Assembly: GCA_048772705.1 (NCBI GenBank)
Contig: JBLWGC010000033.1
Coordinates: 124,001-188,000, forward strand
Reading direction: 5' to 3'
Origin: Leidyana gryllorum EB-2025a
Lineage: Eukaryota; Protista; Apicomplexa
Length of the DNA: 64,000 nucleotides
Below, in pieces: positions 55,767-64,000 of the stretch; the first letter of the stretch is position 1, and each line of letters opens with the position of its first letter. Both the position numbers and the translations under genes were made by a program. The notes beneath the pieces are model-generated. The model worked only from the letters and a program-made list of their open reading frames with translations. It made no database searches and had not been told where the DNA came from.

Positions 55767-58136
55767 TCAATATACGCGTTTGAAAGGAGGAATGTGCTTC
55801 ATTTCATCATCTAGGGGTTGATCAATCACCTTGCGATAAGTCATGTGGACCTCTGCATCCTCCACTTCCGGACCACTCATCCATGACAAACTGTGACGCA
55901 TCCATTTAGCGTCATCTCTTTCCGGGAAGTCATTGCGAGCATGAGCACCCCGACTCTCATGACGAGCTTCGGCAGCACTCATAGTCTGCAGGGCCATGGT
56001 CATCAAGTTTTGCAGTTCCAAGGACTCTATCAGATCAGTGTTCCAGGTGAGTCCGTGATCGGTCAGTCCAATATCGCGCAACTCCTTGGCCACCTCACTT
56101 AGTTTCTCCACACCTGCGACGCATTGATGAGTACCAGAGAGAGGAGGGTCGTCCCAAGGCCGTGTCCCGAGCTTGGGGTTCCGCGTTTGAGGCACTTACC
56201 AGTCTGAAGTGTCTTGGCATCTCGGAAGACAGCCGCATGGCCCTGCATGACTCGCTGCATCTTGTCGCGTAAGACAGCTGTGGGGACCTTTCCTTTGGCG
56301 TGTCTCATCTTGTCCATGCGCGCAATGCTCGCTTCGCCGGCTCCTTTGGGGAGTGGTGGGTTTGACCCACCGGGTTTGTCAGTAGCTTTGATGGTTTCTG
56401 ATGCCTGGCGGCCAAACACCACAATGTCAAGGAGACTGTTGGCTCCCAAACGGTTAGCACCGTGGACTGAAGCACAAGCTGCTTCACCCGCGGCGTACAG
56501 CCCGGGGACGACTTGGTCCTGCAGTGGTGAAGGTGGCAGTGGTTATCTGGAGGACTTTGGCGATCTTACCTTGCCATTCTCCGCTTCATCGGGGCCCAAA
56601 GTCTGACCCGGCTGCAGGCCTTTGCCGTTGTAGCGGGTACGGATGACTTGAGAGCGCCAGTTTGTGGGGATTCCACCCATGTTATAATGGACAGTGGGGA
56701 GGACAGGAATGGGCTGGCGGGATGTATCGACTCCGGCAAAGATCATAGCGGTCTCCGTGATACCGGGGAGTCTCTCGTGAATTGTTTCCTTTGGCAGGTG
56801 AGTGAGGTCGAGAAGGACGTGATCCTTCTTGGGCCCGCATCCCCGACCCTCCATGATCTCGAGACTCATAGATCGCGAGACCACATCACGAGAGGCGAGA
56901 TCCTGTGAGGGATTAGTGATGTTCTCATCAATTTGCAGCGACTCACCTTAGCGTTGGGTGCGTAGCGTTCCATGAAGGGTTCACCTTGGGCGTTGCGAAG
57001 AATAGCTCCTTCGCCTCGACATCCTTCGGTGATCAGACAGCCAGCGGGATAGATACCGGTGGGATGGAACTGTACGAATTCGGGGTCCTCGTTCGGCAGG
57101 CCGGCACGAGAAGCCATGGCATTGCCGTCACCAGTACAGGTGTGAGCAGAGGTACAGGATAAAAAGCAGCGTCCGTAGCCGCCAGTCGCCAAAACAGTAT
57201 TACGAGCATTGAATCGGTGCAATGAGCCGTCCTCAATGGAGAGCGCTATGACACCGACGCAATCGCCCTCATCATTCATGATGAGATCCAGAGCAAAGTA
57301 CTCGACGAAAAACTTGCATTTGTGCTTTACCGCGGCTCCAAAGAGTGTGTGGAGCATAGCGTGACCAGTGCGGTCAGCAGCGGCAGCACATCGGTAGGCT
57401 TGGCCACCTTTCCCGTATTTGAGACTCTGACCACCAAAGGCACGCTGGTAGATCTTTCCTGCACAGAAGGTCACAAATTTGAAGGAGACAACGGTTGGGG
57501 GGCTCTCCTCACCCTCTTTGGTGCGAGAGAACGGCAGCCCGTAATGCTCCAGTTCAATTACCGCGCGCGGGGCGTCTCGACACATGAACTCGATCGCATC
57601 CTGGTCACCGAGCCAATCTGACCCTTTGACAGTGTCATATGCGTGCCAACGCCAGTCGTCTTCGGTCATGTTGCCAAGCGCGGCATTTATACCCCCCTGA
57701 CCACCAGTAGTTAGGGGGTGGGGGGGTGGGGGGGTTGGGGGTCGGGATCACCAGATGTACGGTTCCATCGAGACAGTGGGGGAGGACACTGAGGGGGGGG
57801 GGGGGGGGGGGGACAGTGAGGGGGGCTGGGAACAGACCTGTGCCGCAACTGTATGGGATCGCGTGGGAAAGAGTTTTGTAATGCAGGCGGTCTTGAAGCC
57901 GTTCTCGGAGAGGCCGACGGCAGCGCGCAAACCAGCGCCACCAGCACCAACTACGACGGCGTCGTACTCATGATCGTGGATTGTATAGCCTGGGCGAGCG
58001 AGGGAGTGAATGACTGAGTGTCGGCGTCTGTTTACGACTAACCGCCGATCTTGGAGGTCGACTGAGCTCTGCGCGCAGCGGCGGCGAGAAAAGGGGATTG
58101 CAGATTCAAACGGGGTTTGAGGACGGAGGGCAGCAT
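55767..58136 (-). CDS. SDHA: Succinate dehydrogenase flavoprotein subunit (mitochondrial), multi-exon
   Basis: [71 protein letters not shown]; presequence-like [11 protein letters not shown]. Confidence 0.97.
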
Positions 58137-58194
58137 TGTAAAGATGAAGTAAGGAGATGGGCAGTTGCACTTTTTTTTCGGTCGGGTGAGAAGA

Positions 58195-58854
58195 ATGGGA
58201 GGTGCGAGTGAGGACGAGGCGGCGATTCGTCGCGCCCGCAAGGAAGAGAAGCGGCGCAAGAAGGAGTTGCGTGCGAAATTAAAGGCAGAGAAAGAGAATG
58301 AGGCTGAAAGTCAGGCCATTGTGGATGCCATATGTGCCACTCTGCCATTACCCCGAGTCACGGCAGAAGAAGAAGATGACAGCAACCGTAACCACAATGG
58401 TGGCGACTCTGAGCAAGAAGAGGTCTCAACGCCTATGAGCAGCGCCGGGGGTAAGACTCCCGCGGGTACCGCCTCCATCAACGAAGAACCTTTGGCTATG
58501 AGTATCGAGGCCGTTCGAGATCTCATGGAGGCGCGTTATGTGTGCGTTGTGGGCCAAATCCAAGCCTTGGAGGCAGAGAAACAGCGGTTGGAGCCGTTCG
58601 TTCCTGTGTCAGTGAGGAAGGTAGCGGGCAAGCGTAAACGGACGACTACTTCGGCTGCCAGCGGAGCTGACCCCAATAAGAAACGACGCACCACGGGCTA
58701 TTTTGTCTTCTGCCAGACCGAACGCCAAAAGAAGCCGGCAGGTGTCAAGTTGACCGCCGATGTCTTGGGGGCTCGATGGGCAGGTCTGACCGCCGCTGAG
58801 AAGGAGTCATTTAATTCGCTCGCCAAGGCGCGGAACGAGGAGGCCACGGTCTAG
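58195..58854 (+). CDS. HMG-box protein
   Basis: C-terminal [16 protein letters not shown]...[20 protein letters not shown]. Confidence 0.8.
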   Translation: MGGASEDEAAIRRARKEEKRRKKELRAKLKAEKENEAESQAIVDAICATLPLPRVTAEEEDDSNRNHNGGDSEQEEVSTPMSSAGGKTPAGTASINEEPLAMSIEAVRDLMEARYVCVVGQIQALEAEKQRLEPFVPVSVRKVAGKRKRTTTSAASGADPNKKRRTTGYFVFCQTERQKKPAGVKLTADVLGARWAGLTAAEKESFNSLAKARNEEATV

Positions 58855-59793
58855 CTACGTCAACATTACTTCAGCCAGCATACATCTGGCGCTGCCTCCT
58901 CCCACCCGTTCAATAGTCTCAATCTCGGGCAGTACAATCCTGTTTGCATTTTTCTGTAGACGTTGTTTCTGATCTTCGTTAAGACTCTTCCACCCTGTCG
59001 CCGACATAACCAATACCCTCTCTCCATTGCGATTCTCCACTTCCAGACAGTTAGCCGCAAATTTGTTCATCTGATCGTACGAAATCTCCACAATCGTCCG
59101 ATCCCTCTTCTTCAACAGCCCCCGATACAAACTTTCGCGCTGAGCCGTCTCCTTCACAGCCTCGCCACACACCACCGCACACGACTCCCCAATGCTCATC
59201 ATCACGTTCGTGTGATAAATCGGAACACCACCCGCATCTTCAGCGTCAAACACCACAAACTCGTCATAATGCTCAGCCATCTCACTCATGAATCTCCGCA
59301 ATACCTCCAGCGAAGTCCGTGGACTCAGCGCTGCAAACACCGTTCGAGTCCATCGGTCCAAAATAAGACTCCCTGTCCCCTCCAGGAATCTCTCTTCCGC
59401 TTCGTACCCGCTCAGATCCACACATCTCCTGATATTGTAACACGACCGCAGTCTCGGAATCACGTTTTTGCTCCGCTCCAAACGTCTGTTTGGGGTACAC
59501 ATAGGATACAAAACCAATGTGCCGTCGGCTTCGGTGGAAAGCCAATTGTTGGGAAAGACAGCATCCGGTGTCAAAGGCTCCTCGGTATCTTCAATCACCT
59601 CTGTCTCGACTCCATTGGCCTCCAAAAGTTTGACATACGTATCAAACTCGGCCTTGGCTCGAGCTGCCAACTCCTCAACGTCAAGAGGCAGACGCTCTTG
59701 AAAGGTGTTCGTCAGAGCCGTTTCATCGTTGAACCCAAAACGAGCGGGTCGCACCAACAGAATCTTACGGGCTCTACCGATATTGATGACCAT
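58855..59793 (-). CDS. Amidinotransferase/pentein-family hydrolase (CtlX / arginine-deiminase-related)
   Basis: RPARFGFNDETA, TPDAVFPNNW, FLEGTGSLILD, IYHTNVMMSIG, IERVGGGSARCMLAE (catalytic Cys); intronless. Confidence 0.9.
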   Translation of the reverse strand: MVINIGRARKILLVRPARFGFNDETALTNTFQERLPLDVEELAARAKAEFDTYVKLLEANGVETEVIEDTEEPLTPDAVFPNNWLSTEADGTLVLYPMCTPNRRLERSKNVIPRLRSCYNIRRCVDLSGYEAEERFLEGTGSLILDRWTRTVFAALSPRTSLEVLRRFMSEMAEHYDEFVVFDAEDAGGVPIYHTNVMMSIGESCAVVCGEAVKETAQRESLYRGLLKKRDRTIVEISYDQMNKFAANCLEVENRNGERVLVMSATGWKSLNEDQKQRLQKNANRIVLPEIETIERVGGGSARCMLAEVMLT

Positions 59794-59839
59794 AAATCCA
59801 GATCCAATTTTTCGCCTACATTCGCTCTCCTCAAGTCAC

Positions 59840-61405
59840 TCAAGAACTGCTGTTACAAGTGTTGTTGTTGTATACTTTCATTAACGTCGCCAATTCAGAC
59901 GCCGGCCTCAACAGCTCACGTATTGAATCACCCGATATCAACTTGGCTGTTGGATCCATCGATTTCTCACTCTCTCCCTCACTGTCATCTGTGACTTCGA
60001 CGTCTCCCCCACTGTCATCTGTGACTTTGACGCCTCCCCCACTGTCATCTGTGACTTTGACGCCTCCCCCACTGTCACCTTCTTCCTCTCCCTCTCCTTC
60101 TCCTTCTCCCTCGTCGCCCCGTCTCAGTTGAACGCCTAATGCCTCCAGTGCAGCGCGTGTGAGCGGTGGAGAGACGGGGGGACTATCTGGAGAGGAGGGT
60201 ACAGTGACGGTTTTTCCAGCGACGGTTGTGGGAGACTCGTCCAAGTCGTCGTCGACAGCTCCGTCTTCGCGCGGCACGACTGATTTGCCCAGACTCAGAT
60301 ACGAGTGGCTGTGACTACCCTCCAAGAGGCCGTCCGGTTGAGGAGCGTAGTGCTCTGGGGCGGGTTCGAGAGTCACGTGAGAGAAGTTGCCGGTGGTGGT
60401 ACCTTCTTCTCTGCGATTCAAAGTAGAGACACACACTCTCACACAAAGGCACAAAGGCCTTGTTAGCCTTTACCTGTCAGTGTAGCGACTCTGAAAGTAA
60501 CGTTGAGCTTTTCTGGGCGGGGGGGTTGCACTTCGGGGCTCTCGAAACCGGGAGGTACGGACTTGGTCGTCGCCAGACTCCAGTATGTAAGTCGCTGGGG
60601 AGGCTGGCCTCCTGGGAGTTGGGGTTGAGTCTATATCTATAACACGTCTAGAGGCACGGACTACTGGTGGCCGATGGTGGCGGCTATACTCTTCCTCTTC
60701 CTCATCATTATCGGCTTGGCGGTCAGACGAAGAGGTTTGGTCGTTTTGTTGGTAGCGCGGCTCCTCCCTTCCACGCGCCCCGAGCTTCTCTGCGCCACCA
60801 AACCCTTCAAGACGCTTCCAATGCTTGCAGTCCAAGTCGTTCAAGTCATGTGTAAACTCGTAGGAGCCACGCAGATACAGTAAGCTCTCCATGCATCTCA
60901 AGAAACGGCGGTGGGCCCGTTGCCGCTGACGGGGGTCAGACCAATTCGATAGGGAACTGTAGTTGCTAGAGACGCTGCTGCCCGATGACCATCTTTGATT
61001 TTGATGACGCCGTGGCGGGGAGCTGCCGAGCGGATGATAGAAGCTTCGGTCACTTCTGTGCCTCCGTGCCTCCCTTTCGTAAGCCTCCTGCCGATGGAGG
61101 TTGTGAGCCCTTATGTCTGCTGGGATTCGTAGAGGGGGCACGGACGACTCTTCGATAGTCCCAACCTCACGCGGACTATGTGCCCCCCCTTTAGCATAGA
61201 TTCGCTTCATACCCCCAGTGGGCTCGAAAATGGGCCAAAGAGCTTTATTTGCGTCAGGATTGATTGGCCTCATCAGCGTGGCCTGGATCTCCGCTCTCAG
61301 CTGGTACTCAATACAAACCGTAAATGTAGGTCTCATTGGAATGGCGAGTCTCGTGGCCGGACCGGCTGTACTTACGTACATCTTCATTCGTCCTCGGTCC
61401 CTCAA
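59840..61405 (-). CDS. Low-complexity hypothetical protein, at least 2 exons
   Basis: ORFs 60470-61405 and 59840-60454 join in frame via an intron gtaaag...tcgcag (YTDR-EEGTTTG). Confidence 0.6.
59980..60077. repeat. 30-bp coding tandem repeat x3 (DSGGGVKVTD)
   Basis: cactgtcatctgtgactt(c/t)gacg(t/c)ctcccc three times plus a partial copy. Confidence 0.92.
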
Positions 61406-61602
61406 ACTCTACCACATGTCCTTGGCTCTCTCTGCTATTGCCTGTGTATTCTTACTCGTCAATGTGGTGAGCTGAGACACACACACACACAAAGCACCAA
61501 CTATCCATTGACGTGCAGCTACTGTACCTCACCTCGCCCGACCCGGGACGAATCGAACACCCCATACACGGCCGGGGGCCACACCATGCATACCACTCCA
61601 AA

Positions 61603-61761
61603 ATGAAACGCCCATCCTATAATCTGCTGCCCAAAGCGACCAAGAGGGTATTGGAAGTAACTACGGCCGCCACTGCTACATTCGGACTTTTGGCCTTTGC
61701 GACTGCTTCCATTATCGTCTTCCGGAGTCATCCACCTGTCGATCAAGTTCGTCGGAGATAG
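61603..61761 (+). CDS. Possible 52-aa single-pass membrane microprotein
   Basis: AAAATG start, basic N-terminus, one hydrophobic segment (ATFGLLAFATASIIVF). Confidence 0.4.
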   Translation: MKRPSYNLLPKATKRVLEVTTAATATFGLLAFATASIIVFRSHPPVDQVRRR

Positions 61762-61907
61762 ATAGTGTACGATAGAAGCGATACAGATGTGGAGAAAAAG
61801 ATTGCGATCATTCATGCGATGAGGGAAGGAAGGAAGGATTGATTCATATTCAAACGACTGCGATCATTGTTGCGATGCTCTCGCTCGCTCTCTCTCTCTC
61901 TGTGTGT

Positions 61908-62597
61908 CTAATCGTCCCACTCTCTGTATAGGACCATCTCCTCCCGTCCCGAGGGCGTCACCCGGACATTGCCCACGTCCACCAACCCACCCGGCGTAAC
62001 CTCGTAACGGTGGACATCAGGACCGAAGGCTGGGGGAACCACTGCAACCGTTCCTGAAGGTGATTCATAGTCGTCGGGCAGTTCTGGAGCTGGCCGTGCT
62101 TCAGGCTCAGTGGCAGCAGAAGGCGCAGCTCTGTCCCGTGGCGGCTCCTGTGCCCTCTCCCGCTGCTGGTTTGATGCCTGAGAAGGGGGGGCTTCTTCCT
62201 CTTCCCCTTCCTCTTCCCCTTCCTCTTCCCCTTCCTCTGCTTCTCGCTCGAATTGCGGCCCAGGTGCGTTGCGTGGGGGTTCTATGAACTCAGAGGCTTC
62301 GGGCACTGGCCTCACCGGCTGAACCTGAGCTCCCGGTGGAGGGCCCTGATACGCCTCTGTCTCCTCTGCCGGCTCGTCCGCCGGGTAATCTTCCTCCATA
62401 GCTTGGCCTTCGTCCTCAGGCATATCCTCACGTTGGGGTTGGGTACCACGCTGCACGACCTGAAGATCGGGGATTGGCATAAACCTGGGTTCCTGCGGGG
62501 GCAGCTGTGCTGGCAAAGGTTCAAAACGTGACGACGGCCGGATAGACTGAGCATCGGCCGCAGCCAGAGCCGATACAAAGAAGAAAAGGTGACGCAT
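61908..62597 (-). CDS. Putative secreted Pro/Glu-rich protein
   Basis: Signal peptide MRHLFFFVSALAAADA; acidic EEGE repeats. Confidence 0.75.
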   Translation of the reverse strand: MRHLFFFVSALAAADAQSIRPSSRFEPLPAQLPPQEPRFMPIPDLQVVQRGTQPQREDMPEDEGQAMEEDYPADEPAEETEAYQGPPPGAQVQPVRPVPEASEFIEPPRNAPGPQFEREAEEGEEEGEEEGEEEEAPPSQASNQQRERAQEPPRDRAAPSAATEPEARPAPELPDDYESPSGTVAVVPPAFGPDVHRYEVTPGGLVDVGNVRVTPSGREEMVLYREWDD

Positions 62598-62657
62598 TTG
62601 AGGAGGAGCAAAGGTGTGTGGGTGGGAAACACGCGTGCTCCCTAACTAAAAAGTACC

Positions 62658-64000
62658 ATGTCTGAAGCCACAACCCCGTCGAAACGCCGAACAGTGCAAC
62701 AAAGCCCACGCTCACCGGGCGAGCTGCAGCAATGGAGCGCGCAAGCGATTGCGAGGGGCGGGACTATGGTGGCTGGTGGAACTACTGAAACATTGTCAGC
62801 CCCGATTGTGCTGAACTGTTATTCGGACAAGTCATTCGTAGCCGAAGCCTCCCGGGTTCTGGTCGATAAGATCCGTGAATCGGTGTGTGTGGAGTGCCCC
62901 GATGGCATCATGGGATGGAGTGGGAAATATGCCATCGTTGGTCTGTCCGGTGCGTGGACGTAGATGGCTGTGTAGATTGTAAGTGTTGATGACTGTAGGA
63001 GGTAGCACTCCTGAGCCGGTGTACCGTGCTGTATGCTCCTACATGAAAGGCGATGGCCGAAATGAGTTGGATTGGACCAAAGTAATCTTCTTCATGGTGG
63101 ACGAACGATATGTGCCGGAGGATCACAAGGACTCCAATGTGCGCATGATCAAAGAGTCTCTCTTAGCTGGTAGGAATCCCGTTGAGCCTCGACACTGTCT
63201 CACAGAAGGTGTTCCCGTCCCCGAGAAGAACTTTCTTTACCCCAACACGACATTGCCGCTGGAGACTTGTGTATCTGACTATGAGAAAAGGCTCGCTGAT
63301 CTCTTCGCCTTCTCCAGACCGACAGTCTTAGTTCTGGGAATCGGTTCAGATGGTCATTTGGCATCGTGGTTCCCCCCCATGACACCCGAAGAGAGCTTCA
63401 ATGCTTATGATCCCTTCCACTTAGTCAGCCACACTACTCAGGACCGGTAAGCGCAAAGTCCTGCTATGGACCGGCCGCAATCTATGTCGCCAGATTCGCG
63501 GTCAAGGATCGAATCACAGTCTCAATGCACCTTATTCTGTCTGCTCGAGACAAGATCTTCTTTCTCAAGGGCAAAGACAAGGGTGACGTCTATCGACGAT
63601 TGACACGTCAGCCGCCTTCTCGAGAGGCGATCCGAGCAGAACCGCTGCTGCAGGTGCTGCGCAGCAAGGCAGTCACAATCGTCACAACGCCCCCGCTCGA
63701 GAGTGACCCCATTACTGAAATGCACGCGTGTTGGAGAGACAATCAAGAGCATTTGACGGTTATCATTCTTGGCGCATCAGGCGATTTGGCGCAGAAGAAA
63801 ACATTCCCCGCGCTATTCTCGCTCTATCTCGCCCGCCATCTCCCCGACGACTTTCACATCGCCGCATTTGCCCGATCGGCTTTGACTGTGGACAGTCTGT
63901 TCGACAAGTTGCGCCCCAAACTATTGACCATCAGCCAACAATTCTCACTTCAAGATCACACTGAAGAAGAGAAACAACTGCAGGATTTCAAATCTCATAT
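62658..64000 (+). CDS. Bifunctional 6-phosphogluconolactonase / glucose-6-phosphate dehydrogenase (GluPho-type), partial
   Basis: GLSG-GSTP, VDERYVP..HKDSN, LGIGSDGHLASWFP; after an intron near 63447-63493 the frame continues into TVIILGASGDLAQKKTFPALFSLY (G6PD NADP-binding motif). Confidence 0.92.

Noticed and set aside
46062-59793. Bacterial contamination explaining the GH3 and CtlX-like genes
   Set aside because: They are tightly interleaved with intron-containing eukaryotic genes (ALT-like, SDHA) with no obvious compositional break.
58963-59994. 343-aa plus-strand ORF and similar long shadow ORFs (11457-12095, 15182-15955, 21569-22294, 43582-44196)
   Set aside because: Antisense to well-supported genes; expected from codon bias.

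Overview
Eukaryotic, gene-dense window with short GT-AG introns (mostly 40-60 nt) and very short intergenic spacers. The N-terminal 6PGL-G6PD fusion, NPC1-related RND transporter and compact layout suggest an apicomplexan, possibly a gregarine (inference). Recognisable genes: PH-BEACH-WD40 protein, NPC1/Patched-like transporter, two head-to-head NRPS-like reductases (A-T-T-R), SLC35-like transporter, degenerate phosphotriesterase-like protein, two head-to-head GH3 glycosidases (one lacking the catalytic motifs), alanine aminotransferase-like enzyme, SDHA, HMG-box protein, CtlX-like amidinotransferase and a 6PGL-G6PD fusion cut by the window end. Two accessory regions interrupt this. (1) 2207-7368 is bounded by ~400-bp near-identical inverted repeats and has no recognisable transposase. 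(2) ~35.8-46.0 kb consists of rearranged copies of one long gene whose best-preserved copy encodes 19-residue filamentous-haemagglutinin-like beta-helix repeats. It includes a ~2-kb-arm palindrome, ~790-bp direct repeats, repeated 3' cassettes and a 275-bp solo LTR with a 5-bp target-site duplication. Exon boundaries and alignments were read by eye; no database searches were run.
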